Shown in pieces: positions 29,487-39,999 of a stretch of 64,000 nucleotides of DNA. The notes beneath the pieces are model-generated. The model saw only the letters and a program-made list of their open reading frames with translations. It was not told the DNA's origin and searched no databases. Made by a program: the position numbers and the translations under genes. Every line of letters begins with the position of its first letter. Position 1 is the stretch's first letter. The DNA is taken from the IMG/VR virus record IMGVR_UViG_3300025759_000061, positions 1-64,000 of that record; one strand, 5' to 3'. Source of the stretch: an uncultured virus (IMG/VR IMGVR_UViG_3300025759_000061) (Duplodnaviria; Heunggongvirae; Uroviricota; Caudoviricetes).

Positions 29487-30170
29487 ATGATTATTGGTAT
29501 CATAGGATTTATTGGTTCCGGTAAGGGAACTGTGGGTGATATTCTCGTTGAACAGCACGGTTTTGAAAAGATAGCATTTGCAGATACATTGAAAGATGCT
29601 ACTGCTGCTATCTTTGGCTGGCCACGTGAAATGCTGGAAGGGGATACATCCCAATCCAGAGAGTGGAGAGAAGAGGTTGATGAGTTCTGGCAAAAAGAGC
29701 TTGATCTCCCGATTTATAAAGATCATGTGCCGGATTTCACTCCACGGCTTGCCCTACAACTAATGGGTACTGAAGCCGGTCGAAACATTTTCGGCCAGTC
29801 ATTATGGACTTCGGCAACATTGTCACGGATGAAGAGAAATCCAAAACAGAAGGATTTCGTAATTACTGATGTACGATTCCCAAATGAAATAAACTGTATC
29901 AAGGAATGGGGTGGCCAGTGTTATAGGGTGAAACGTGGTGATGATCCAGAATGGTACAGAACTGCTGAAATCCAGAACACATCTACACTGAATAATGTTA
30001 ACGTTAAAGTTGGCAAGACCATGGAAAATCTCTATCCGGATATCCATATATCTGAATGGGCATGGATTGGTCATGAATACACAGGGACCATCTATAATGA
30101 TGGTACTGTTGATGATCTGAAACATGTTGTAGACGGTGTGATTCGTAATTATTGTGAGACAAGTGAATGA
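29487..30170 (+). CDS. Deoxynucleoside monophosphate kinase (T4 gp1-like)
   Basis: GFIGSGKGT, FADTLK, TPRLALQLMGTE, ITDVRFPNE. Confidence 0.9.
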   Translation: MIIGIIGFIGSGKGTVGDILVEQHGFEKIAFADTLKDATAAIFGWPREMLEGDTSQSREWREEVDEFWQKELDLPIYKDHVPDFTPRLALQLMGTEAGRNIFGQSLWTSATLSRMKRNPKQKDFVITDVRFPNEINCIKEWGGQCYRVKRGDDPEWYRTAEIQNTSTLNNVNVKVGKTMENLYPDIHISEWAWIGHEYTGTIYNDGTVDDLKHVVDGVIRNYCETSE

Positions 30171-30841
30171 TATTATCTAAACGAACAATATCCCTACTGA
30201 AAAATTTCCAATCAATTCAACCAAGCATCCTGCTGATGCCGGGTAACTATATAACCACCCAGTCCGTACAGGGTGACACTGGTGATATAATTGCTTGGGC
30301 AGAAGTTGAGGAAAACTTCCCTATAGAGTTTGGGATACATGATCTATCATCGTTCATTTCCACCATCTCATTGTTTGAAGGTGATCCGGAATTGACGTTT
30401 GAAGATAACTATGTGGAAATCTCTAAAGGAAGAATGAAGTTCAAATTCCACCGTACACCATCCAGCCTGATAAGTTCACCTAAAGATAAACGGGTGAGAC
30501 TGGAAGGTGAATATTCGTTCTCCATAACGAATGAGGACCTGAAACAGGCTGTTAGAATTTCGTCAACAAATAGCTTGCCGTTTCTGAAAATATTGGGGAA
30601 GGGTGGTAAGGTCTATATGGAATCAACATCAGAGTTTACCGATAATTCACTGTCCAGTGAATATGGTGAATATACTGGAGATGGTGATTTTACAACAGCA
30701 TTGAGGTGGGAGAACGTTAGAATACTTCCTATGTCTTATGAGGTGGATATCATCCCATCAAAGTTTGTCAGGTTTCAGACACCAGACCAAAAATTGAACT
30801 ACGTGATTTCTGTTGATGATATTGGAGATGATTATGAGTAA
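30167..30841 (+). CDS. gp45: Sliding clamp gp45
   Basis: MILSKRTISLLKNFQSIQPSI, FGIHDLSSF; precedes gp44. Confidence 0.88.
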   Translation: MILSKRTISLLKNFQSIQPSILLMPGNYITTQSVQGDTGDIIAWAEVEENFPIEFGIHDLSSFISTISLFEGDPELTFEDNYVEISKGRMKFKFHRTPSSLISSPKDKRVRLEGEYSFSITNEDLKQAVRISSTNSLPFLKILGKGGKVYMESTSEFTDNSLSSEYGEYTGDGDFTTALRWENVRILPMSYEVDIIPSKFVRFQTPDQKLNYVISVDDIGDDYE

Positions 30842-31775
30842 ATATATCTGGTCTGAAGAGAACCGGCCAACCACCATAGAGGATTGTATCCTACCGGCAA
30901 GATTGAAAAAGTCGTTTGAAGAACACGTAGCATCCGGTAATATCCCAAACATGATCCTGACCGGCTCACCCGGTATTGGTAAGACAACAGTTGCACAAGC
31001 TATGTGCAAGGAATTGAATTTGCCGTTCCTGAAGCTGAATTCGTCAAAGGATCGGGGTATTGATATGACTCGTACCAAGATTCCCCAGTATGCATCCACT
31101 GTTCCATTACAGGGTGGTTACAAGGTCATCATCATGGATGAGGCTGATGGTATAACACCAGAGGCACAAGATTCACTCAGGGGTGTGATGGAAGAGTTTC
31201 CAAATAACTGCCGATTCATTTTCACATGTAATAACCCAAAGAGAATTATTGAGGCTCTTCATTCCAGATGCACACTGGTTGATTTTCGTCTCCAGAACGA
31301 TGAGAAGCCAGAGATGGCCAAGCAGTTTTTCAAGCTGTGTGGGGGGCTGTTGGGTAAAAATGAGATAACGTATGATAAACAGGTTCTGGCTAGGGTCATA
31401 AAGAAATACTTCCCAGACTTCAGAAGGACCCTTAATGAGCTTCAGGCCATCACCAAAGGGGGTTCTTTGGATGTAGAGGCATACAAGCACCTTAAAGAAG
31501 TAAGGGACTTCACCGGGCTTGTAGAAGCCATGAAGAACAAGGATTTTCAGAGTATCAGAAGTTGGGCTGTTGACAATTCAGACATAGAAACCAAAGTTGT
31601 GTATCGAAAGATTTACGATGAATTGTCAAAGAACATGCCAGAGGATTCGATCCCCACTGCTGTTATCATCCTAGCCCGGTATCAGTATCAGGATGCCTTT
31701 GTGGCTGATTCAGAAATGAACCTTGTAGCCTGCTTAACTGAGTTGATGATGGATTGTTCAATTGGGAAAAGTTAA
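30834..31775 (+). CDS. gp44: Clamp loader large subunit gp44
   Basis: RPTTIEDCILP, GSPGIGKT, DEAD, LHSRC, FPDFRRTLNELQ. Confidence 0.95.
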   Translation: MSKYIWSEENRPTTIEDCILPARLKKSFEEHVASGNIPNMILTGSPGIGKTTVAQAMCKELNLPFLKLNSSKDRGIDMTRTKIPQYASTVPLQGGYKVIIMDEADGITPEAQDSLRGVMEEFPNNCRFIFTCNNPKRIIEALHSRCTLVDFRLQNDEKPEMAKQFFKLCGGLLGKNEITYDKQVLARVIKKYFPDFRRTLNELQAITKGGSLDVEAYKHLKEVRDFTGLVEAMKNKDFQSIRSWAVDNSDIETKVVYRKIYDELSKNMPEDSIPTAVIILARYQYQDAFVADSEMNLVACLTELMMDCSIGKS

Positions 31776-32304
31776 GAAGGAATATTTCAAGGCCCAGCAG
31801 TATGCAACCTACAAAGATGATGATTCACGTGTGAATTTCCTGAAGTTTGCCCATAAGCATTCTGACTTCAGGAAATATCTTGCTGATGTTTTTAATCTTC
31901 ATGGGAAGAATATAAGAATTATAGATGGTGTGGAGTTTGATGTGGATATGTATGTCGTGGACCCGGTTAATAATAGTCTGTATGGGTTGATTGAACTTGA
32001 GATGAAACGGCACTGGAAGAAGAGGTGGACGGAACATGAGTCATATATTCACCACCTTCCACGTAAGCTGAAATATCTCAGGGATGATACTCCATATTTG
32101 CAGGTTGTGTCTAACTTGACATATGACAAAGTGTTTACATATACGGGTGATGTAGTTAGAAAATACTGTGATGAGGATATAGGGCCTATTGAGAAGAGGA
32201 ACAGGGATGGTGTTTATGACAGCTACTATGAAATCCCATTGAAAGAGCTTAAGATTTTTGGCAACTGGGATGATTTGGATATCATGTATTTTAGGAGTCT
32301 GTGA
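31762..32304 (+). CDS. Hypothetical protein, possible PD-(D/E)xK nuclease
   Basis: DVD...IELEMKRHW pattern; inserted between gp44 and gp62. Confidence 0.45.
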   Translation: MGKVKKEYFKAQQYATYKDDDSRVNFLKFAHKHSDFRKYLADVFNLHGKNIRIIDGVEFDVDMYVVDPVNNSLYGLIELEMKRHWKKRWTEHESYIHHLPRKLKYLRDDTPYLQVVSNLTYDKVFTYTGDVVRKYCDEDIGPIEKRNRDGVYDSYYEIPLKELKIFGNWDDLDIMYFRSL

Positions 32305-32696
32305 TGGACCTGTTCAAGGACATAATTTATAGCATAACCACAAGTGGTGAAAACCTTCTCACATCAGAGAATGAGAAGGAATATAAATCCTATGTAGTGA
32401 ACATGGCTATGTCTATGCAACCAGACTGCCTTCTCTTCGGTAATGAGATGAATATCAACCATCACATTGATAATAAACTACAATATGATTATCTTCTAAA
32501 TACTATTCGTAAATACAAGAGACCACACTTTTGGGCTAAACGTAAAAAGAATGACACCAAGGATAATATTGATGTCATCATTGAATACTATGAGTGTGGT
32601 AAAGATCAAGCTAAAGACATACTCAACCTATTAACAGATGACCAGCTTGAAGATATAATAAGAACAATACAAAAAGGTGGATTGAATAATGGATAA
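32301..32696 (+). CDS. gp62: Clamp loader small subunit gp62
   Basis: NEMN, LQYDYLLNTIRK.KR..WAK, IIEYYEC. Confidence 0.9.
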   Translation: MMDLFKDIIYSITTSGENLLTSENEKEYKSYVVNMAMSMQPDCLLFGNEMNINHHIDNKLQYDYLLNTIRKYKRPHFWAKRKKNDTKDNIDVIIEYYECGKDQAKDILNLLTDDQLEDIIRTIQKGGLNNG

Positions 32697-33183
32697 TAAC
32701 AATGATCTGGTGAACACTTTCATTGAAGTAAGACTACCGAAACCAGATGATTTTTTGAAGGTTAGAGAGACTCTTACACGTATCGGTATCTCATCACATG
32801 ATGAAAAAACCCTATGGCAATCTTGTCACATCCTGAGTAAATATCAAAGAACGAAATATTACATAGTTCACTTCAAGGAACTTTTCATGTTGGATGGGAA
32901 ACCAACCAATTTCTCTGAAGATGATGTGGCTAGAAGGAACACCATTGCCAACATCTTGGCAGAGTGGGGTCTTGTCGAACTTGTTGATCCGGATAAGTCG
33001 AAAGAACCGGTTGTAACCTTGAAGGACCTGAAAATTATCCCACATAGGGATAAAGCCACTTGGAGTCTCGTTCCAAAGTACAATATAGGAAATGGTAATG
33101 ACCATGGCAAAAAAGTTTCAAGTGCAGAAGATTTCCGTACCTTCACAGACCAAATCCAAGAAGATAAAGACGGGAATAGGTAG
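32689..33183 (+). CDS. regA: Translational repressor RegA
   Basis: DDFLKVRETLTRIGI, LWQSCHIL, YYIVHFKELFMLDG, LVPKYNIG. Confidence 0.95.
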   Translation: MDNNNDLVNTFIEVRLPKPDDFLKVRETLTRIGISSHDEKTLWQSCHILSKYQRTKYYIVHFKELFMLDGKPTNFSEDDVARRNTIANILAEWGLVELVDPDKSKEPVVTLKDLKIIPHRDKATWSLVPKYNIGNGNDHGKKVSSAEDFRTFTDQIQEDKDGNR

Positions 33184-33296
33184 TGAGCTTTCACCGGAAA
33201 CGGTAGAGGCACTGAAAGAAGTTGATAGGATGATTGAAAACGGGTGGAAGCTTCTTCATCCCGGCCAAATTTTATTGAAATAACATTGAGGATATT

Positions 33297-33839
33297 ATGG
33301 AAAAAAATGCAAATCTCCCCAAATTGGGAATATATAAGCTTGACCAGTCTTTTGAAGGACCTAAAAAGTCTACACTGGGGGCTGCATGTTTCGACGTGGC
33401 ATTCCAGACAACAGATGGTGTAATACAGTATTACGATAAGCATAACTCACCCATGGAACGGGAACTTAGGGGTAATACCTTGAGGTTCATGCCCGGTGAT
33501 CGAATTCTAGTGCCCACTGGTCTGATTTTTGATATCCCAGAAGGTTACCATCTCAAAGTACATGTCAGGTCCTCTACGGGGATCAAGAAGGGGTTGTGTC
33601 TAGCACACAGCACGGGGATTATTGACTGGGACTATACCGGCCAACTCTACATGCCACTGATGATGAATAGCTCAGATGATGTATCTGGTGTTGACATTGA
33701 ACGTGGTGAACGGTTGTGTCAGATAGAACTGGTCAAGAGTGAAGATTATAAACTCAAACATTTGAAAGAACCACCGGGTCAGAAGACTGATCGTGTGTTG
33801 GGTGATGCTGGTGGATTAGGATCAACAGGAGATAAATGA
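33297..33839 (+). CDS. dut: Trimeric dUTPase
   Basis: AACFD, RSS, GIIDWDYTG, GERLCQ, GGLGSTG. Confidence 0.92.
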   Translation: MEKNANLPKLGIYKLDQSFEGPKKSTLGAACFDVAFQTTDGVIQYYDKHNSPMERELRGNTLRFMPGDRILVPTGLIFDIPEGYHLKVHVRSSTGIKKGLCLAHSTGIIDWDYTGQLYMPLMMNSSDDVSGVDIERGERLCQIELVKSEDYKLKHLKEPPGQKTDRVLGDAGGLGSTGDK

Positions 33840-34435
33840 TCATGACAACAGGTAAAAAGACATTGATTGCAATTGGAGTTGGTCTGTTAATAGCCATTTG
33901 GAGTGTATACTACTTGGCAACCCTTGGGGGTGGACCAGATACTGAAGTTTCCAGCACAGCTATTCCAGCACCAGTAACAGAGCCGGTTGTACCCGGTCCT
34001 GAAGCCACACCAGAGCCGGTTCCAGTAGAACCTACACCAGCACCAGAGCCGGTTGTTGAAGGTGACTGGAAGGTAGAGAACTATTATGGAACATGTGTGC
34101 TCTTCCACAAGAACAACACAAAGGTGACCATCAAGAATGGTAAGTTTGTTGTTGACATTATGGGTCACCCCGATCTTGACAGTGGTTGGTTGGTATTCCG
34201 GAAGGGTGATAAACAGGTTGTCATCTTTCTTAATTTGCAGGAAGGTCTCAGAAACTTGGTAGCTGATGCTACAGATGAACGTATCAGCCTTTTCAGAAAT
34301 GCCGATGAACTGGAAGTTGAAGCTTGGGAATCCACCATCCCGTTTCTGGGTGCTACTAAACTCATGTGGAAGCTTCGGATGGATGGATCAGCAGATGCAT
34401 GGGACAGATACCAAGTATGTCTGGATAATAAATGA
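33836..34435 (+). CDS. Membrane-anchored hypothetical protein with Pro/Glu-rich linker
   Basis: N-terminal TM helix, PEP repeats. Confidence 0.6.
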   Translation: MIMTTGKKTLIAIGVGLLIAIWSVYYLATLGGGPDTEVSSTAIPAPVTEPVVPGPEATPEPVPVEPTPAPEPVVEGDWKVENYYGTCVLFHKNNTKVTIKNGKFVVDIMGHPDLDSGWLVFRKGDKQVVIFLNLQEGLRNLVADATDERISLFRNADELEVEAWESTIPFLGATKLMWKLRMDGSADAWDRYQVCLDNK

Positions 34436-35154
34436 GTAGCCCGGTATTGGTGATAACCCCTACGGTTGTGGGGGATCACTTTGAGGATTGTAGACGGTCG
34501 GTCAGAGAGCAGTCATATGGTCATGTGCACCATCTGATGGTTGTTGATGGTCAAGAGCATGTTGCCCGGTACAACAAACGAGCACTGGCACAGGGTTTTA
34601 CCAATATGGATCATCTTCTCATGCTTCCATGGAATGTCGGTAAAGATGATGGAAACTGGTATGGTCATAGAGTGTATGCAGCAGTTCCAAAGTTGATACC
34701 CACATCACGATTCAAGTATGTGTTTTTTCTTGATGAGGATAATGAGTATGCACCGGACCATGTAGAAGAATGTGTCAAGGCTCTTGAGGCTGAACCTGAT
34801 GCATGGATGTCACACTCCAAAAGACAGATCATTGATGAAGATGGTGATGAGGTTATTCTGGACTTATGTGAATCCATATATCCAGAACCAATCTATGGTG
34901 ATAAGAAAAACGGTTATCTGATCGATACATCATCATATTGTTTCAGGGTTGATTATATTCGTAGGTTCTCATATCTATGGGATGCTGAATGGGGTGGTGA
35001 TCGGGAATTCTTACGGAACACTCTTGATCATAAGAGGGTTGCAACCAATCTACACACATTAAGATATAGATTAGCTGGCAATCAAAATTCCGTGACAAAG
35101 AAATTCTTTGAAGTTGGAAATAGGATTATGAATCTTGGAGAAAATTTGACATGA
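34432..35154 (+). CDS. Glycosyltransferase family 2-like
   Basis: VITPT, SVREQSY, VVDG, FLDEDN. Confidence 0.8.
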   Translation: MSSPVLVITPTVVGDHFEDCRRSVREQSYGHVHHLMVVDGQEHVARYNKRALAQGFTNMDHLLMLPWNVGKDDGNWYGHRVYAAVPKLIPTSRFKYVFFLDEDNEYAPDHVEECVKALEAEPDAWMSHSKRQIIDEDGDEVILDLCESIYPEPIYGDKKNGYLIDTSSYCFRVDYIRRFSYLWDAEWGGDREFLRNTLDHKRVATNLHTLRYRLAGNQNSVTKKFFEVGNRIMNLGENLT

Positions 35155-36026
35155 AAAATCTAGTAATTGGAGCAATACATGGATACGAGTGGAAGGATGT
35201 CGAGCCTTTTGTCGTATCATTGGAGAATACAGGGTTTGATGGCCACAAGTGCATGATAATCTATACAGCCAAGCAGGCTTTGATTGACAAGCTTGAAGAC
35301 CGGGGGTGGACCCTGTTTGGTCACCAGAAGGCTGAAGATGGTGATGGGGTGACCTATCAGAACGTAGACACCTTTAACATCTGTGTTGACCGTTTCTATC
35401 ACTATTGGGCATTCCTGAAGGATATTCCTGTTGCAAACATTCTGGCATGTGATGTCAAGGATGTTGTATTCCAGTCTGATCCATTTGAACGAGCCAAGGA
35501 AATATATAACGATCCGGATGGTTTGCCGAAAGATACTAAAATCCTATCATCTGGTGAGGGTTTGTTGTATAAGGATGAGCCGTGGGGTTGGAATAATATC
35601 ACACAATCATTTGGTCCACCCATTGCCGATAAATTTTCCAACAAGGAAATTATCAATGCTGGTGTGATCTATGGTGACGGTAGGACAATGTTGGACTTGT
35701 TCCTTCATATCTTCCTAACATCTCGTGGTGCACCATATCATGTGCCGGGTGGGGGTGGCCCAGATCAGGCTGCTTATAACATTGTAGCACCACTGTTCAA
35801 TAACTATATCGTTGCTGATGAGAATGCTTGGGCATGTCAGGCTGGAACAACGGCTGATCCATCCAAGATTGAAGAATTCAGAGATAATCTTGTGTCTACT
35901 GAACCTGTGTGGGATGGTGAGCAGGTCATGAATACACAAGGCAAGCCATATGCAATCGTACACCAATATGATCGGGTGCCGGAATGGAACAAGGTCATGG
36001 ATAAAAAATACAGGGAAACTGAGTAA
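35151..36026 (+). CDS. Glycosyltransferase-like protein
   Basis: CDVKDVVFQSDPF, INAGVIYG, DQAAYN, IVHQYDR. Confidence 0.7.
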   Translation: MKNLVIGAIHGYEWKDVEPFVVSLENTGFDGHKCMIIYTAKQALIDKLEDRGWTLFGHQKAEDGDGVTYQNVDTFNICVDRFYHYWAFLKDIPVANILACDVKDVVFQSDPFERAKEIYNDPDGLPKDTKILSSGEGLLYKDEPWGWNNITQSFGPPIADKFSNKEIINAGVIYGDGRTMLDLFLHIFLTSRGAPYHVPGGGGPDQAAYNIVAPLFNNYIVADENAWACQAGTTADPSKIEEFRDNLVSTEPVWDGEQVMNTQGKPYAIVHQYDRVPEWNKVMDKKYRETE

Positions 36027-36991
36027 TGAAAGAACTGGGTCAGGCATGGGTGTATATCGAAAGACAGAAGAAGCCCGTATTTAAGGTTCATAAGGATATT
36101 CTGAAACCGTATAAGCTGAAGAAGTTGAAGAAGCTTGAGGTCCAGCCTGATGTTGTTGGAGACCCTACAATATTGATCTGGAAGGGTGATCTGATGGATG
36201 AGGATTTCTCTGTTGAGTATGATCTGCTTCAACCGGGTGGGATGGTGTTTCTCTATGATGTAAACCATGAGAAAGTTTTTCAATGGAGAATGGAGAATTC
36301 ACACACACCTCTGGTCCACACACTTGAGGGTGATATCTGGTTCTGGTACAAGCCAACCGATGATATGAATTTCGTTGATGAGGATATTGCCATGCAGATG
36401 GAAGAAGCCCAGAAAAGAACCTATGAAAAAATCCCTGAACCTACTCCAGATTCATGTCATATCACTGTTGGTATGTTGAAAGAATATGGCAGGGGTGATA
36501 TTTTCATTGAGACTGGAACGTATTTCGGCCTTGGGATAAAGGTTGCCGTGGCTTCAGAAATGTTCAAGGAAATATACTCAATAGAACTGGATGATGATCT
36601 GGCTGAACGTGCAGCAATCATGTTCGAAAGAGAGGCTATGGTCTATTGTGGTGACAGTCCAAAGTGGATTAAAGAGATTGCTATATCTATGCCGGAAGAT
36701 AATCCAAAGCCATTAGCCACGTTCTGGCTTGATGCACATGCATCTGGACCCCTGCCCGGTGGTGAGGATGGTGGGACACCTATTCTATCAGAACTTCGTG
36801 CCATTAAAGAGCATTATGATCCAAACAGTACAATAATAATAGATGACAGAAGACTGTTTGGTTCTGCTGAATGGAACGGAGTCACGGAAGAACAGGCTCT
36901 TACCATCCTCAAGGAAATCAATCCGAATTTCACCTATGAGACAGTTGATGGTGAAATAAGTGCTGATATTCTGGTGGCTTATGTTAAGTAA
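36026..36991 (+). CDS. SAM-dependent methyltransferase-like protein
   Basis: FIETGTYFG, YSIELD, GDS, FWLDAH, IIIDD. Confidence 0.65.
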   Translation: MKELGQAWVYIERQKKPVFKVHKDILKPYKLKKLKKLEVQPDVVGDPTILIWKGDLMDEDFSVEYDLLQPGGMVFLYDVNHEKVFQWRMENSHTPLVHTLEGDIWFWYKPTDDMNFVDEDIAMQMEEAQKRTYEKIPEPTPDSCHITVGMLKEYGRGDIFIETGTYFGLGIKVAVASEMFKEIYSIELDDDLAERAAIMFEREAMVYCGDSPKWIKEIAISMPEDNPKPLATFWLDAHASGPLPGGEDGGTPILSELRAIKEHYDPNSTIIIDDRRLFGSAEWNGVTEEQALTILKEINPNFTYETVDGEISADILVAYVK

Positions 36992-37173
36992 TGATCGAAC
37001 ACCAAGGGGTTATATGATAAACCTCTATATTCTATTACTGTACTATTTCGGCTTTATCTATCAAGGATATTACAAGGTAAGTAAGTTTTCCAAGAAAATC
37101 TGGTTGAAATACTTCTACAAACATGATAAACGAGTGCTTGAATATTCAAAACATATGGATAGAAAATGAAACT

Positions 37174-38043
37174 ATGAAAAAACTTAGACTTGGATTTTCG
37201 TCAACATTCGGCACGGCTGAAAAATTCTTCACTGGTGTGTTGGGTGAGAGATATCATGTTGAAGTAGTCAAACCCGAAGAGTGTGACTATCTGATTTTCG
37301 GTGATCCGAATTTTGGTGAAGAACACTACAAGTATCAGAACTGTGTCCGTATCCTGTACACGGGTGAGAATTTCCGTCCAAATTACTGGACCTATGACAG
37401 GGCCATAACGTTTGACCATGAGAACTCACCAAAGCATTACAGACTGCCTCTATACGTACCAGAGATGCATATGTACAAGGCAGAGGGTGTTACGAGTGAT
37501 GTTCTACACCTGAATAGTTTGTTGAGCAAAACTGATGCTGATGTGCCGTCCGGGTTCTGTACGTTTGTCCAGTCCAACCCAAACCAGCCTATCCGGAATC
37601 ATTTTGTTGAGACATTGAGTAAATACAAACAGGTTGATTGTGGTGGACCCTTGTTCAATAATATTGGATATGTCCTGCCACGTGATGACCCACGTCACAA
37701 GATGGATTTCGTAAAGCAACGTAAATTCAATATAGCATTTGAGAATGGTACATATCCCGGTTATGTCACTGAGAAGATTCTGGATGCTCTATATGCAGGG
37801 GTGATTCCAATTTATTTCGGTAGCTCGTTTGTCCACCGTGACTTCAATCCAGACAGATTTATCAATGTCCATGACTACACCAATTTCAATGAGGTTGTTG
37901 AGGTGGTCAAGGAAATTGATTCCGATAGAAGCAAGTGGTTGAAGATGGTAAATCAACCCGTGTGGAAAAATAACGTCCCACCAGCTTGTGTGAATACCGA
38001 TAACTTCCTAGATTGGTGGGAGACGTTTGTGCATTATGGATGA
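37174..38043 (+). CDS. GT10 alpha-1,3-fucosyltransferase-like
   Basis: YTGEN.RP, KFNIAFENGTYPGYVTEKILDA...IPIYFG. Confidence 0.9.
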   Translation: MKKLRLGFSSTFGTAEKFFTGVLGERYHVEVVKPEECDYLIFGDPNFGEEHYKYQNCVRILYTGENFRPNYWTYDRAITFDHENSPKHYRLPLYVPEMHMYKAEGVTSDVLHLNSLLSKTDADVPSGFCTFVQSNPNQPIRNHFVETLSKYKQVDCGGPLFNNIGYVLPRDDPRHKMDFVKQRKFNIAFENGTYPGYVTEKILDALYAGVIPIYFGSSFVHRDFNPDRFINVHDYTNFNEVVEVVKEIDSDRSKWLKMVNQPVWKNNVPPACVNTDNFLDWWETFVHYG

Positions 38044-38321
38044 GGATATGAAAATGGTTACCAAAGCAGAATTCGTTGATATGTGGCTTGATGATCTTCT
38101 AGTAGAGAAGGTCATATCCGTGTCACGGTTTATGACAGATGATGGTCGGGAGAAAATCCGTGAGGTTTACCTGATTAGAGGTCTGTTCTATGTTATGGAA
38201 TGGACCAGTAGTGGTGTGCCGTCTGTGATGTCTGATCTTGTGAATCAGGGTGAGTTTACCTTTGCCCGTGTTGTTCCATACACAAAAACAACAACAGATT
38301 ACAGGATGGTGGAGATTATCA

Positions 38322-38717
38322 ATGACTGAATTTCAGCTTGATCTTGTGGATTACATAAAAGCACTGCCTGATGAGGATAATGATTGTCCAAATCCATCTG
38401 AGAAATCCACTGTTCTCTTCCGGGTTCTTCATGAGGATCATAGGGATAGACCAACTGTCGATATCTATGCATATGAAGGTGGTGGTGCTGATTATGAAGA
38501 TAATTATGGGCCGGGGCTTGACTATACAGTCGAAGGTGTGTTAGAAGACGGAATCAAGGAAGGCTTCTATGTGATAGAAGGTCTTTATATGGTCTACTCA
38601 ACCGATTATTGTGGTGATGTGGATGCCGACACAGAATTTGACAATATGAGACCGGCTGAACAGAAAGACTGGTATCATTTTGGTGTAAAACCAGAGGATG
38701 GTGGATATGAGCTATAG
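38322..38717 (+). CDS. Acidic hypothetical protein
   Basis: GGAG RBS, tiling ORF. Confidence 0.5.
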   Translation: MTEFQLDLVDYIKALPDEDNDCPNPSEKSTVLFRVLHEDHRDRPTVDIYAYEGGGADYEDNYGPGLDYTVEGVLEDGIKEGFYVIEGLYMVYSTDYCGDVDADTEFDNMRPAEQKDWYHFGVKPEDGGYEL

Positions 38718-38964
38718 AGAAACTGTTTCAGAAGCCCGTGAATTTTGGGGTGATGAGTTTGATAGCATGTTTATGACTATTGAAGATTTCACAGATGCAT
38801 GTGAAGAAGGTGCTTTCGTTGATTATGATGGACATGGACAGTGGGTAATTGGTGATCAATTGGTAGGTATGTCTGATGTCATCCATGGTGCTGCCATGCC
38901 GTCGAAGGTCCTGACTGGACAGATTCCAGAGGGTACAACCCATGTGATGTGGTACAATAAATGA
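38707..38964 (+). CDS. Hypothetical protein
   Basis: FVDYDGHG...THVMWYNK. Confidence 0.55.
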   Translation: MSYRETVSEAREFWGDEFDSMFMTIEDFTDACEEGAFVDYDGHGQWVIGDQLVGMSDVIHGAAMPSKVLTGQIPEGTTHVMWYNK

Positions 38965-39998
38965 ACACTCCAAAAAATATCCTGTTTGTAGTCCACCGGT
39001 ATGCTCCATTTCCGGGTGGTTCTGAATATTACACACAACAAATGGCTGAAGAAGCTCTGGCACGTGGCCACACGGTTACAGTGCTCACAGGAGAGCATAG
39101 GGCCGTTCAGGGTAAGCATAATGGTGTGTGGGTGGTGGATAACCCTACTGAGACGTTAAACCGTCAGTGGGACCTTATTGTGGTCCATGGTGGTGATGTC
39201 CATATGCAGAACATTGTCCACCAACACTCATTCAACATCCGGTCACCAATCCTGTACATGATCATCAAGCCGTCAAACTCTGATATATGTATGCATGGGA
39301 TGAGGTTTTCAGATTTCCTTGGATACTCCACCGTGGCTGATCTGAATCATATTGCCAATGCCGGGTATCTCGACAAGGCAAGAAGAGTCAGACATGGTAT
39401 CAAAATGGGTGATGCTATATCAGCACCTGAAGCTTATATGAATCGTGATTTTGTGAAAGAGGATGTGCCATACTTCGTTTCGGCTGGTGGTTTTTATCCA
39501 CACAAGGCTATGACGGAATTAGCTGATGCTTGGAACTTTTCTCCTATTGATGCTAAACTGGTACTCTATGGATATGGTATGCCTGAGAATGCACCACAAC
39601 AAACTGATCAAGTACGGGTGATCACGGATGCAGAATTTGATGAAGTTCAGTGGGCCATCCACAAATCCAATGGTTATATACTAAATTCCTATGAAGAAGG
39701 GTTTGGGTTGGTTCTGCTTGAGGCTATGTATCATAGTGTGCCATGGTTTGCTCGTAAAACACCGGGTGCTCTCAAACTTCAGAAGCATGGATTCGTGTAT
39801 GACTCAGAACCTGAGTTGATGGAATTTATTGAGTATGTATATCAGGATGATGACAGAGACTGGTGGAACTGTGTGGGTATGGATAATTATTTCAACGAAT
39901 ATGAAGGTTATCGGTATGTGGTTCAGAACCATTCGATAGGTTGCACGGTTGATGATATCGAAGATGTCCTGATCGAACTTGACAAGAGGAAGTGGTGA
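38961..39998 (+). CDS. GT4 (GT-B) glycosyltransferase
   Basis: HRYAPFPGGSE, SYEEGFGLVLLEAM. Confidence 0.85.
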   Translation: MNTPKNILFVVHRYAPFPGGSEYYTQQMAEEALARGHTVTVLTGEHRAVQGKHNGVWVVDNPTETLNRQWDLIVVHGGDVHMQNIVHQHSFNIRSPILYMIIKPSNSDICMHGMRFSDFLGYSTVADLNHIANAGYLDKARRVRHGIKMGDAISAPEAYMNRDFVKEDVPYFVSAGGFYPHKAMTELADAWNFSPIDAKLVLYGYGMPENAPQQTDQVRVITDAEFDEVQWAIHKSNGYILNSYEEGFGLVLLEAMYHSVPWFARKTPGALKLQKHGFVYDSEPELMEFIEYVYQDDDRDWWNCVGMDNYFNEYEGYRYVVQNHSIGCTVDDIEDVLIELDKRKW

Positions 39999-39999
39999 T

